Below are positions 36,517 through 45,882 of a stretch of DNA of 64,000 nucleotides, piece after piece; position 1 is the first letter of the stretch, and the number at the start of each line of letters is the position of its first letter. Source of the DNA: Steroidobacteraceae bacterium (lineage in GTDB: Bacteria; Pseudomonadota; Gammaproteobacteria; Steroidobacterales; Steroidobacteraceae); the NCBI GenBank assembly GCA_035541695.1, contig DATKMV010000041.1, positions 76,583-140,582 of the forward strand, written 5' to 3'. The notes beneath the pieces were generated by a model. That model was given only the letters and a program-made list of their open reading frames with translations, was not told the DNA's origin and searched no databases. The position numbers were made by a program, and so were the translations under genes.

Positions 36517-37320
36517 GTGCAGAGATCAGCGGCGCGTAATGCGGATGCAACGCTGCGAGGCCGCGCTGCCCTTGCACTCCTCGCCGTCACGCTGGCGATG
36601 CTTGCCGGCACCGGGCGGGCGGGGGAGGGCGAGGTCGCCTGGCGTGACATCGAGAGCCGCATCCAGTACGGCTACTACACCGAAGACCGTGCGGCCCTGG
36701 GGAAGCTCGAGGAGTTGATCGAGTCGGGTGATGCGCACGACAAGCTGCGCGGCTACTACGCGGGGCTGCTCGCCTGGCGGCGGGCACTGCTCGCGGCTCC
36801 CGGGCGGGGGGCGGCGCAGGACGGGAGCCTCGCGCATCATGCGCAACGTTGCGTGAGCTCGGTGGACACCTCGCTCGCGCTCGAAGCGGATTTCGCAGAT
36901 GCGCTGGCACTGCGCGCGGCGTGCCTCGCCGTGGGAGCGGAGATCGCGGGAAGCTACGCGCCGCTCGCCGGACACCGCGCGCACAAGGATCTCGAGCGCG
37001 CACGGCAGCTGGCGCAGCACAATCCGCGCGTGCTGCTCGTCGACGCCATGAGCGACTACACGCTCGCGCCGTCCCAGGGTGGCAATAAGGACCGCGCGCT
37101 CGGCAAGCTGCGTCAAACGGTGGCCGCTTTCGAGGCCGAGCGCGGCGGTACCGAGCACCTCCCCGGCTGGGGTGCGGCGGAGGCGTGGCTGCTGCTGGCG
37201 CAGGATCTGCTCGATCACGGCGACACGGTCGCCGCGCGCGATGCGCTGGAGCGTGCGCTGCTGATCGCCCCGGAGTACGTCCAGGCACGCCGGCTCATGG
37301 CCAAGATCACCTCGGGCTGA
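36517..37320 (+). CDS. exported helical-repeat protein, function unknown
   Basis: The GTG at 36517 has GAGG upstream and gives a signal peptide (RGRAALALLAVTLAMLAGTGRA). Alternative starts at ATG 36484 and the track start at 36412 (which overlaps tatD). It lies 17 nt upstream of the adaptor gene. Confidence 0.5.
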   Translation: MQRSAARNADATLRGRAALALLAVTLAMLAGTGRAGEGEVAWRDIESRIQYGYYTEDRAALGKLEELIESGDAHDKLRGYYAGLLAWRRALLAAPGRGAAQDGSLAHHAQRCVSSVDTSLALEADFADALALRAACLAVGAEIAGSYAPLAGHRAHKDLERARQLAQHNPRVLLVDAMSDYTLAPSQGGNKDRALGKLRQTVAAFEAERGGTEHLPGWGAAEAWLLLAQDLLDHGDTVAARDALERALLIAPEYVQARRLMAKITSG

Positions 37321-37337
37321 GCGCCGACCGGACCTGG

Positions 37338-38585
37338 ATGACATCGGAGACCGACAAGAAGGCGCTGTTAGGACAGTTGCGCATCGACCGCAGCGAGCCG
37401 CCGCCTTCCGCCTGGAGCGGCCGGCGCACCGTCCTGATCGCTGCCGGGGTCGTCCTGGCGCTGCTGCTCGCGCTCGCCGCCTGGTTGGCCGTCTCGGCGC
37501 ACGCGGCCGTCACGGTGCACACCGTGCTCGCGCAGCCGATCGGCGCGCAAGCTGGCGGCGCCGCCTCGGTGCTGGATGCCACCGGCTACGTCACCGCGCG
37601 CCGGCAGGCGACCGTGTCGGCGCAGATCACCGGCACGGTGGCCGCGGTCCTCATCGAGGAAGGCGATCACGTCAGGGAAGGACAGGTGATCGGACGGCTC
37701 GAGGACACTGCCCAACGCGCTGCGCTCGCCCAGGCCGAGGCGCAACTGCACTCGGCGCAGGCACTGCTGCTGCAGGCGCAGGCGCAGCTCGCCCAGAATC
37801 AGCGCGACGTGAAGCGCGACGAGGATCTGGTGACCCGCAAACTGGTCTCGGAGCAGGCGGTCGAGCTCGCGCGCACGCAGGTGCAGACGCAGACCGCGCA
37901 GGTGGAGTCGCAGCGCAAGCAGATCGATCTCGCCGCCGCCAACGTGCGGGCCGCCCAGGTGCAACTCGATTATTGCACGGTGCGCGCGCCATTCACCGGC
38001 GTGGTGATCGCCAAGGCCGCCCAGGTCGGGGAGATCATCTCACCGCTCTCCGCCGGAGGGGGCTTCACGCGTACCGGCATCGGCACGCTGGTCGACATGG
38101 ACTCGCTCGAGGTGGAAGTGGACGTCAACGAGGCTTACATCAACCGCGTCGCGCCGGGCCAGCGCGTCGAGTCGGTGCTCAATGCCTATCCGGACTGGCG
38201 CATCCCCTCGCACGTCATCGCCATCATCCCGACCGCCGATCGCTCCAAGGCCACCGTGAAGGTGCGCATCGGGCTCGACCTCAAGGACGATCGCATCGTG
38301 CCGGACATGGGCGTGCGTGTCTCGTTTCTCGAGGCCGCCAAGCCGACCGGCGCGGCGCGCGAGCGCGGGGTGCTGGTGCCCGCGGCTGCGCTGCGCAAGG
38401 ACGGTGAGCAGGATGTGGTCTTCGTGCTGCGGGATCACCGCGCCGAGCGCCGCGTGGTCACCCTCGGGAGCACGAGCGGGGAATCGCGCCAGCTGCTGAG
38501 CGGTGTGAGCGCGGGTGAGGCGGTGATCGTCGATGCGCCGCCGGGGCTCAGAGACGGTGTCAGGCTCACTGAGGCGAAAACATGA
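37338..38585 (+). CDS. efflux transporter periplasmic adaptor (HlyD/MacA family)
   Basis: ATG at 37338. One TM helix, a coiled-coil hairpin (AQRAALAQAEAQLHSAQALLLQAQAQLAQNQRDVKRDEDL), then lipoyl and beta-barrel domains. Confidence 0.8.
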   Translation: MTSETDKKALLGQLRIDRSEPPPSAWSGRRTVLIAAGVVLALLLALAAWLAVSAHAAVTVHTVLAQPIGAQAGGAASVLDATGYVTARRQATVSAQITGTVAAVLIEEGDHVREGQVIGRLEDTAQRAALAQAEAQLHSAQALLLQAQAQLAQNQRDVKRDEDLVTRKLVSEQAVELARTQVQTQTAQVESQRKQIDLAAANVRAAQVQLDYCTVRAPFTGVVIAKAAQVGEIISPLSAGGGFTRTGIGTLVDMDSLEVEVDVNEAYINRVAPGQRVESVLNAYPDWRIPSHVIAIIPTADRSKATVKVRIGLDLKDDRIVPDMGVRVSFLEAAKPTGAARERGVLVPAAALRKDGEQDVVFVLRDHRAERRVVTLGSTSGESRQLLSGVSAGEAVIVDAPPGLRDGVRLTEAKT

Positions 38586-39298
38586 GCAACTCGCAGCCGG
38601 AGAGCAACCTCATGCCGGAGTCGATGGTCGAGGTCCGCAACGTTACCAAGGTCTACGAGCGCGGCCGGCAGCAGATCGAGGTGCTGCACGGGCTGACGTT
38701 TGCGATTCCGCGCGGTGATTTCGTGGCGCTCATGGGGCCCTCCGGCTCCGGCAAGACCACGCTCCTCAACCTGATCGGCGGCCTCGATCAGCCGACCTCC
38801 GGGGAGATCACGGTCGGCGGCCGTCGCATCGACCGTCTCTCGAGCGGCCAGCTGGCCAACTGGCGTGCCCAAAACGTGGGCTTCGTATTCCAGTTCTACA
38901 ATCTGATGCCGGTGCTCACGGCGGAAGGCAACGTCGAGCTGCCGCTGCTCCTCACGCGGCTCTCGGGGGCGCAGCGGCGCAGGAACGTCGCCGTGGCGCT
39001 CGAGATCGTCGGGCTCGCCGACCGTGCCAAGCACAAGCCGAAAGAGCTCTCCGGCGGCCAGGAGCAGCGCGTCGCCATCGCCCGCGCGCTGGTCTCCGAC
39101 CCGCAGCTGCTGGTGTGCGATGAGCCGACCGGCGATCTCGACCGCAAGACCGCGGACGAGATTCTCGGACTCCTGCAGGTGCTCAATCGCGAGCACGGCA
39201 AGACCATCGTCATCGTGACGCACGATCCCAAGGCCGCGGAATTCGCGCGCCGCACGCTGCACCTGGAGAAGGGGCAGCTGCTCGAGCAGGCCGCATGA
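38582..39298 (+). CDS. ABC transporter ATP-binding protein (MacB/LolD-like)
   Basis: [40 protein letters not shown] overlap with the adaptor gene. Confidence 0.85.
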   Translation: MSNSQPESNLMPESMVEVRNVTKVYERGRQQIEVLHGLTFAIPRGDFVALMGPSGSGKTTLLNLIGGLDQPTSGEITVGGRRIDRLSSGQLANWRAQNVGFVFQFYNLMPVLTAEGNVELPLLLTRLSGAQRRRNVAVALEIVGLADRAKHKPKELSGGQEQRVAIARALVSDPQLLVCDEPTGDLDRKTADEILGLLQVLNREHGKTIVIVTHDPKAAEFARRTLHLEKGQLLEQAA

Positions 39299-40455
39299 CG
39301 CGCAGCGGGTTCGTCATCGCCAACCTGTTCCGGCGGCGCACCCGCACCGTTCTCACGCTGCTGTCGGTCATCATGGCGTTCCTGCTGTTCGGACTGCTGC
39401 AGTCGGTGAACACCATCTTCAACGCCGGGGCGGACTTCGTCGGAGCGACGCGCCTGTTCGTGCAGGCGCGGGTGTCGTTCACCTCGCCGCTGCCGATCAG
39501 CATGTTGCCGCGGCTCGAGTCGATTCCGGGCGTGGCGCGCGTTGCCTATCAGACCTGGTTCGGCGGCGTGTGGCAGGAGAACACCCCTCTCATCATGTTC
39601 TCACTCGATCCGCAGCGCTATCGCGACGTGTATCCGGAATGGGTCATGCCCGAATCGCAGTGGCAGGATTTCATCCGCACGCGCACCGGCATGATCGCCG
39701 GCAAGCAGCTCGCCGACCAGTATGGCTGGAAGGTCGGGCAGAAGATCCCGATCAACTCCAACATCTACCCGCAGAAAAACGGCAGCAAGGCCTGGATCTT
39801 CGACCTGGTGGGGATCTTCGACGGCAAGGACGATGAGTGGAAGAAGCGCACCAACCTCGCGTTCATCCAGCAGGACTATTTCGACGAGGCCAATCAGTTC
39901 GGCGTCAAGGGCCGCGAGAACTTCTTCATTCTGAAGCTGAGCGACAGCAACCAGGCGGCGCAGGTCGCACGCACGGTGGATGCGATGTTCGAGAACTCAC
40001 CCGACGAGACCAAGACGCAGACCGAGAAGGATTTCAACATCAGCTTCGTCAGGCAGATCGGTGACATCGGACTGATCGTGCGCTGGATCCTGTTCGCCGT
40101 GTTCTTCACGCTGCTGCTGGTGGTCGGCAACACCATGGCCCAGAGCGTGCGCGAGCGCATTCCCGAGCTCGCGGTGCTGAAGACGCTCGGTTTCTCCGAC
40201 GGCAGCGTACTGGGCTTCGTGCTCGCCGAGTCTTTCGTGCTGTGTCTCGGCGGCGGGCTGATCGGGCTGCTGCTCGCCTCGATCGCCGGGGCGATGGTGG
40301 CGAAAGGGACCGGCGGGCGGTTTCAGCTCACGGTGGATTACCGGGTGTGGCTGCTGGGAATCGCGGCCATCGTGCTGATGAGTCTCGCGGTCGGGCTGCT
40401 GCCGGGGCTGCGTGCGCGGCGATTGAAGATCGTCGATGCGCTCGCCGGACGCTGA
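39295..40455 (+). CDS. ABC transporter permease, FtsX/MacB type
   Basis: N-terminal TM helix, a large periplasmic domain, and a C-terminal FtsX-like three-TM bundle. ATGA overlap with the ATPase gene. Confidence 0.8.
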   Translation: MTRSGFVIANLFRRRTRTVLTLLSVIMAFLLFGLLQSVNTIFNAGADFVGATRLFVQARVSFTSPLPISMLPRLESIPGVARVAYQTWFGGVWQENTPLIMFSLDPQRYRDVYPEWVMPESQWQDFIRTRTGMIAGKQLADQYGWKVGQKIPINSNIYPQKNGSKAWIFDLVGIFDGKDDEWKKRTNLAFIQQDYFDEANQFGVKGRENFFILKLSDSNQAAQVARTVDAMFENSPDETKTQTEKDFNISFVRQIGDIGLIVRWILFAVFFTLLLVVGNTMAQSVRERIPELAVLKTLGFSDGSVLGFVLAESFVLCLGGGLIGLLLASIAGAMVAKGTGGRFQLTVDYRVWLLGIAAIVLMSLAVGLLPGLRARRLKIVDALAGR

Positions 40456-40485
40456 CTCGGCGACCGAGCGCAGCGGGAGCGCCGC

Positions 40486-41664
40486 ATGCTGAAGCAGGCC
40501 CTGGCCATCACCGGCATCAGCATCCGCAGCATCCCGGAGCGCTGGGCGCCCTCGCTCGTCATCGTGGTGGGCCTCGCCGGAGTGGTGGCGGTGTTCACCG
40601 CACTGCTGGCAATGGCGAGCGGCTTCGAGAGCACGCTCAAGGCGACCGGCCGCAGCGATGCGGCGCTGATACTGCGCGGCGGCTCCGATGCCGAGCTCAA
40701 TTCCGCCTTCGACCGCGCCTCGACCGATCTCATCAAGGAGGAGCCCGGCATCGCCAGCGGCGCCGACGGCAGGCCGCTCGCCTCCGCCGAGCTCATGGTG
40801 ATCGCCGAGCTCCTGCGCCGGGATGCCCTCAACAACGGCGCGAACATCACGCTGCGCGGCGTCGAGCCCGCGGCGTTCGCGCTGCGGCCACAGCTGCGGA
40901 TCGTTGCCGGCCGCAACTTCACTCCGGGCCTGCGCGAGCTCATCGCCGGACGCGGCGTGGTGCAGCAGTTCCGCGGCGCCGCGGTCGGCGACACCGTGCG
41001 CATGCGCGGCTCGGAGTGGAAAGTCGTCGGCACTTTCGCATCCGGCGACGCGCACGACAGCGAGATGTGGACCGACCTCAACGTGGCGCGCAGCACCTTC
41101 GGACGGATGGGCTCGAGCTCGGTGCTGGCGCAGCTCGACGGCCCGGACGGGTTTGAACGGCTGAAGAGCGCCGTGGCCGCCGAGCCGCGCCTCTCGGTCG
41201 ATGTCCTGCGCGAGCAGGATTATTTCAGCGGTCAGACCCGGCAGTTTCGCAAGACCATCGGCTTTCTCGCCGGCGTGGTCACGGTCATCATGGCGCTCGG
41301 CGCAGTGTTCGCGGCGCTCAACAGCATGTATGCCGCGGTGGCGGCGCGCGGCAAGGAGATCGCCACGCTGCGGGCGCTCGGCTTCGGTGCCGTGCCGGTC
41401 GTGACCTCGGTGATGAGCGAGGCGCTGCTGCTCGCGCTCGCCGGCGGAGTGGCCGGAGCGGTGATCGCCTTCCTGCTGTTCAACAATGTCTCGGTATCGA
41501 CGCTCGGGCAGAGCTTCACGCAGGTAGTGTTCAGTTTCAAGGTGACGCCACAGCTCGTGGTGCGCGGGCTCATCATCGCACTCATCATCGGCATGATCGG
41601 CGGGCTCATGCCGGCGCTGCGCGCGGCGCGGCTGCCCGTGACGGTGAGTCTGCGCGAGCAGTGA
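40486..41664 (+). CDS. ABC transporter permease, FtsX/MacB type (second paralogue)
   Basis: Same architecture as the preceding permease (EIATLRALGF motif). Confidence 0.8.
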   Translation: MLKQALAITGISIRSIPERWAPSLVIVVGLAGVVAVFTALLAMASGFESTLKATGRSDAALILRGGSDAELNSAFDRASTDLIKEEPGIASGADGRPLASAELMVIAELLRRDALNNGANITLRGVEPAAFALRPQLRIVAGRNFTPGLRELIAGRGVVQQFRGAAVGDTVRMRGSEWKVVGTFASGDAHDSEMWTDLNVARSTFGRMGSSSVLAQLDGPDGFERLKSAVAAEPRLSVDVLREQDYFSGQTRQFRKTIGFLAGVVTVIMALGAVFAALNSMYAAVAARGKEIATLRALGFGAVPVVTSVMSEALLLALAGGVAGAVIAFLLFNNVSVSTLGQSFTQVVFSFKVTPQLVVRGLIIALIIGMIGGLMPALRAARLPVTVSLREQ

Positions 41665-41668
41665 GCCT

Positions 41669-42682
41669 TCAGAGCCGCGCGAGCGCCCTGCAGAGCGCGT
41701 TCACGTCCTCTTCCGGCTGGTCCCACGAGACGACCAGGCGCGCATCCCCCAGCGCCTCGGCGCCCCAGTCCTCGAACTCGAAACCCTGGGCGCGCAGCTG
41801 GTCGCGGCCGCTCGCGCCGAGGTGCAGGAACACCTCGTTCGCCTCGACCGGATGCAGCAGAGCGCCGCCGGCTGCGGCGCCGATGCGCCGCGCGAGGTCA
41901 TTCGAGCGCCGGGCATTCCTGCGCCATAGCCCGCTCTCGATGTAAGTGAGCAGTTGTATCGAGGCATAACGCGACTTGGAGAGCAGGTGCCCGGCTCGCT
42001 TGCGGCGCAGCTCGAAATCCCTGACCAGGGCCTTGTCGAAGAACACCACTGCCTCGGCCGCGAGCGCGCCGTTCTTGGTGGCGCCGAAGCAGAGCACATC
42101 GACGCCGGCGCGCCAGGTGATGTCGGCCGGATGACAGTCGAGAAAGGCGATGACGTTGGCGAGGCGTGTCCCATCCATGTGGACCTTCAGCCCGCGGGCG
42201 TGGGCGGCTTCCGCGAGCTGTGCGAGATCGCTGCTGCGATAGGCGGTGCCGGCCTCGGTCGCCTGGGTAACCGATAAGGCGGCCGCCTGCACGGTGTGGA
42301 GACTCACGGGATGAGCGGCGAGCGCGGCGCGGAAGCGCTCCGGGGTGATGCGGCCATGCTCGCCGGGCAGCGGCACGAGCTGCGCCCCGCCGCTGAAGAA
42401 GCCCGGCGCGCCGCATTCGTCCATCACGATATGGGCCTCCTCGTGGGCGAAGATCGCGCCATACGGCGGGCTGAGAGTAGCGAGGCTCAGCGCATTGGCC
42501 GCGGTGCCCGTGCTCACCACGAAGGCTCGCACCTCGGTGTCGAAGAAATCGCTGAAACAGCGGTCGAGGCGGCTCGTCCACGGGTCCGCGCCATAGGCGC
42601 GCTCACGTCCGGTGTTGGCCTCCGCCATGGCCGCGAGAATCTCGGGGCAGGCGCTCGCGGTGTTGTCGCTCAGGAAACGCAT
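41669..42682 (-). CDS. ltaE: low-specificity L-threonine aldolase
   Basis: Track ORF trimmed to the ATG at 42682 (MRFLSDNTASACPEIL). GTAANALSL, and FGATKNG containing the PLP lysine. Confidence 0.8.
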   Translation of the reverse strand: MRFLSDNTASACPEILAAMAEANTGRERAYGADPWTSRLDRCFSDFFDTEVRAFVVSTGTAANALSLATLSPPYGAIFAHEEAHIVMDECGAPGFFSGGAQLVPLPGEHGRITPERFRAALAAHPVSLHTVQAAALSVTQATEAGTAYRSSDLAQLAEAAHARGLKVHMDGTRLANVIAFLDCHPADITWRAGVDVLCFGATKNGALAAEAVVFFDKALVRDFELRRKRAGHLLSKSRYASIQLLTYIESGLWRRNARRSNDLARRIGAAAGGALLHPVEANEVFLHLGASGRDQLRAQGFEFEDWGAEALGDARLVVSWDQPEEDVNALCRALARL

Positions 42683-42701
42683 GGGTGCAGCTCCTTGTGG
42701 G

Positions 42702-43709
42702 TCAGTCGATGCGCCAGCGGAAGGACCAGGCGCCGAAGGCGAGGAAGCCGAGCGCGGTAGCGGCGAGGAACAGCAGGTGCGGCGCGATCTGCACGAGCCC
42801 CGCACCATCGAGCATGATGGCGCGCGCGGCATCGAGCACATGGGTCAGCGGAAAAACGTGTGCGACCCACTGCACCCAGCGCGGCGAGCCCTCGAGCGAG
42901 AACCAGATGCCCGACAGCAGCATCATCGGCCAGGTGAGCAGATTGAGAAGGCCGCCGACCAGCTCTTCGCTCGCGAAGCGTGCCGCGATGGTGAGTCCGA
43001 GGGCGATCATCGACAGCGCACCAATGATGGCGAGCAGCAGCAGCAGCAACGTGCTGCCGGCGCTGTGGAAGCCGATGATCGCACCGATGCCCGCATACAG
43101 GATCACGGTCACGAAGAGGATCAGGCCGAGTCGTGACAACACCTGGGCGCTGAGGAACTCGAAGGCGCTGAGCGGCGTGGCGTACAGGCGCTTCAGAAAG
43201 CCGCTCTTGCGGTAGCGCAGCACCACATAGCCGACGCCGAACAGACAGCTGAACATCATGTTCATGCCGAGAATGCCCGGAAACAGCCAGTCGACGTAGC
43301 GCAGCGCGGCGCCGGTCACCGGCTGACGCCGGGCGGTGGGGTCCGCCGCCAGCAACAGCTTCTCGACGATGTAGCCCTTGGGCGAGTCGGTATTCACCCA
43401 GTAACGCACCGGCTGCTGCAGATCCACCAGCAGGTCGATCTGCTGATGGGTGAGCTTGCTCAGTGCCGGCTGCTGCTGCGACAGCGGTACGAACTCCACG
43501 TAGCGCTCACTCAGGAAGGGATGCGCGCTGCGATCGATGCGCGGCGCGAGGACGCCCACCTTGAAAAGCGGCCGCTGCGGGCCGCCGAACACCAGGCCCA
43601 TTCCGATCACCAGCAGCACCGGCAGCAGCAGAGTGAAGATGAGCGTGCTGCGGTCGCGCAGAAACTCGAGGTTGCGCGCATGCAGCACCGCGAGCAGGCG
43701 CTGCATCAC
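42702..43709 (-). CDS. ABC-2 type transporter permease
   Basis: 335 aa with six predicted TM segments. ABC-2 family N-terminus (LHARNLEFLRDRSTLIFTLLLP). ATGA overlap with the ATPase gene. Confidence 0.75.
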   Translation of the reverse strand: MMQRLLAVLHARNLEFLRDRSTLIFTLLLPVLLVIGMGLVFGGPQRPLFKVGVLAPRIDRSAHPFLSERYVEFVPLSQQQPALSKLTHQQIDLLVDLQQPVRYWVNTDSPKGYIVEKLLLAADPTARRQPVTGAALRYVDWLFPGILGMNMMFSCLFGVGYVVLRYRKSGFLKRLYATPLSAFEFLSAQVLSRLGLILFVTVILYAGIGAIIGFHSAGSTLLLLLLAIIGALSMIALGLTIAARFASEELVGGLLNLLTWPMMLLSGIWFSLEGSPRWVQWVAHVFPLTHVLDAARAIMLDGAGLVQIAPHLLFLAATALGFLAFGAWSFRWRID

Positions 43710-44593
43710 GAGCGCAGCTCGGTGCCGGTCAGCTCGAGGAACAGGTCCTCGAGGTTCGCGGGCCGTATGCGCAGGTGGCTGAGCGGCACCTGTGCCGCGA
43801 GGAGCGTGCGCAAGGTTCCCTCCAGGTTATCGGTGCTGATCTCGATGCGATCGGGTCCTTCGAGGATGTTCAGCGGCAGCGCGCGCGCCGCTGCGGGGAA
43901 GTCCTGGCGGGGCAGCTCGAGCAGCACCTGCGCGAAGTGCTCGTGCAGCAGCCGCTGCGGCGGACCCTGCGCGGCGATGCGGCCGTGATCGAGGATCACG
44001 ATGTCATCGCACAGCAGCTCCGCCTCCTCCATGTAGTGCGTCGTGAGAATGATGGTCTTGCGCTGCGCCTTGATCGATTGCACCAGCTCCCAGAAGTTTC
44101 GCCGCGCCTGCGGATCGAGCCCGGTGGTGGGCTCATCCAGAAACAGCACCGCCGGGTCGTTGACGAGTGCGATCGCGAGCAGCAGCCGCTGCTGCTGGCC
44201 GCCGGAGAGCTTGCGGTTGTCGCGCCCGGCGAGCTTCTCGAGCGCACACAGACGCAGCACCTCATCGACCTCGAGCCCGCGCGCGTACAGGCCGCGGAAC
44301 AGGCTGATGCACTGGCGCACCGTGAGGAAATCCTGCAGTGCGGTCTTCTGGAACAGGATGCCGGCCTCCTGGCGGAAGCGACGCCCGAGCGCCTCACCCC
44401 GGTAGCGCACCTCGCCGGAGGTGGGTGGGAGGATGCCTTCCATGATCTCGATGGTGGTGGTCTTGCCCGCGCCATTCGGCCCGAGCAGCCCGAAGCAGAT
44501 GCCCTCGGGCACGCTGAAGGAAATGCCATCGACCGCCATGGCGCCGGGATAGACCTTCACCAGGTCGCGGACCTCGAGGATGGGCGTGCTCAC
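43706..44593 (-). CDS. ABC transporter ATP-binding protein (ABC-2 exporter type)
   Basis: GPNGAGKTT, LSGGQQQRLLLA, LFLDEPTTGLD. Confidence 0.85.
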   Translation of the reverse strand: MSTPILEVRDLVKVYPGAMAVDGISFSVPEGICFGLLGPNGAGKTTTIEIMEGILPPTSGEVRYRGEALGRRFRQEAGILFQKTALQDFLTVRQCISLFRGLYARGLEVDEVLRLCALEKLAGRDNRKLSGGQQQRLLLAIALVNDPAVLFLDEPTTGLDPQARRNFWELVQSIKAQRKTIILTTHYMEEAELLCDDIVILDHGRIAAQGPPQRLLHEHFAQVLLELPRQDFPAAARALPLNILEGPDRIEISTDNLEGTLRTLLAAQVPLSHLRIRPANLEDLFLELTGTELRS

Positions 44594-44732
44594 TTTGGCT
44601 GCGTTACAGGCTCGGGTGCGGGACAGGCGCGCGATCCTAAACTACCCGAGGAAATTGCGCTCGACGTCCGTGGCTGCCGGCGCCGGGCGGTTGCCGGTTG
44701 CCCCCGGTGCCCCGGCGTGTACCATCGGCCGC

Positions 44733-45590
44733 ATGAGTGAAAGTCAGTATGACAAACCAGCGCGCGTGGATCTCGCGGACGAGCCGGTGCACTGGGACCT
44801 CGGCTCCTCGCTGTCGTACGGCGAGTACCTGCAGCTCGAGAAGCTCCTCGGCTCGCAGCAGCCGCTCTCGACCGAGCACAACGAGATGGTATTCATCCTC
44901 GCGCACCAGGTGTCCGAGCTTTGGATGCGTCTCATGCTGCACGAGCTCACGGCGGCGCTCGAGTGCGTGCGACGGGATGACCTCGATCCGGCGCTGAAGA
45001 TGCTGGCGCGCATCTCGCGCACGCAGACGCAGCTGCTCACCGTGTGGGACGTCCTCTCGACCCTGACGCCGTTCGAGTATTCGGCGTTCCGCAACGAGCT
45101 CGGGCGCTCCTCCGGGTTCCAGTCGGTGCAGTACCGGCTGCTCGAGTTCCTGTTCGGCAACAAGAACGCCGCCATGATCGAGGTCCACAAGCGCGATGCG
45201 CGTGCCTACGAGCTGCTGGCGCGAGCCCTCGCCGCACCCTCCCTGTACGATGAGGTGCTACGGCTCCTCAGCCGGCGCGGCTACGGGATCCCCGAGAGCT
45301 ACCTGACGCGCGACTTCAGCGAGCCGTACCAGTCGAGCAAGCAGGTGGCCGGTGCCTGGCTCGGCGTCTATCACAATGCCGATCAGGCGTGGGACCTGTA
45401 CGAGCTCGCCGAGCGGCTGGTCGATCTCGATTACAACTTCCAGCTGTGGCGCTACCACCACCTGAAGACGGTGGAGCGCATCATCGGCTACAAGCCCGGA
45501 ACCGGCGGGACCGCGGGCGTCTCGTATCTCTCCAAGGCGCTCGAGCTCAAGTTCTTTCCGGAGCTCTGGCAGATCCGTACCTCGATGTGA
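44733..45590 (+). CDS. kynA: tryptophan 2,3-dioxygenase
   Basis: ATG at 44733. LSYGEYLQLEKLLGSQQP, HNEMVFILAHQVSELWM, GRSSGFQSVQYR, GTGGTAGVSYL. Confidence 0.85.
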   Translation: MSESQYDKPARVDLADEPVHWDLGSSLSYGEYLQLEKLLGSQQPLSTEHNEMVFILAHQVSELWMRLMLHELTAALECVRRDDLDPALKMLARISRTQTQLLTVWDVLSTLTPFEYSAFRNELGRSSGFQSVQYRLLEFLFGNKNAAMIEVHKRDARAYELLARALAAPSLYDEVLRLLSRRGYGIPESYLTRDFSEPYQSSKQVAGAWLGVYHNADQAWDLYELAERLVDLDYNFQLWRYHHLKTVERIIGYKPGTGGTAGVSYLSKALELKFFPELWQIRTSM

Positions 45591-45599
45591 AGCTCGACC

Positions 45600-45627
45600 G
45601 GCCGCCCTGCGATCGCACGCGGCGGCC
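45600..45627 (+). terminator. hairpin downstream of kynA (weak terminator candidate)
   Basis: GGCCGCC (45600-45606) pairs with GGCGGCC (45621-45627). The 14-nt loop contains the palindrome TGCGATCGCA. No U-tract. Confidence 0.25.
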
Positions 45628-45683
45628 CCAGTAAGGGTTGATTCAGGGGAGCCGAGCGCGCTCTGGAGCCCGTGCAGGGTCCA

Positions 45684-45880
45684 TGCGCAGGGTTCGTGCG
45701 CAGGGTTCATGCGCAGGGTTCGTGCGCATGGCGACCGAGGGCACGGTTCATACGCGTGGCAGCCATGCGCATGGTTCATACGCATGGCAGCCCATGGGCA
45801 TGGTTCATACGCGTGGCGGCCATGCGCATGACTCGTGCGCATCGCGGCCGTGCGCATCGCAGCCGTGCGCATCAGTCGTC
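45684..45880. repeat. compound array of three short tandem-repeat families sharing a TGCGCA core
   Basis: 13-mer TGCGCAGGGTTC(G/A) x3 (45684-45722) plus a truncated fourth copy. 28/29-mer GGTTCATACGC(G/A)TGGC(A/G)GCC(C)ATG(C/G)GCAT x3 (45745-45829). 15-mer TGCGCATCGC(G/A)GCCG x2 plus a degenerate third copy (45836-45880). Confidence 0.85.
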
Positions 45881-45882
45881 TA

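Noticed and set aside
44733-45590. kynA standing alone, without kynB or kynU, as an anomaly.
   Set aside because: Kynurenine-pathway genes are often dispersed in proteobacterial genomes, so nothing can be concluded from one window.
45684-45880. The repeat array as a possible CRISPR locus.
   Set aside because: The units are 13-29 nt and directly abut one another with no unique spacers. There are no cas genes in the window.
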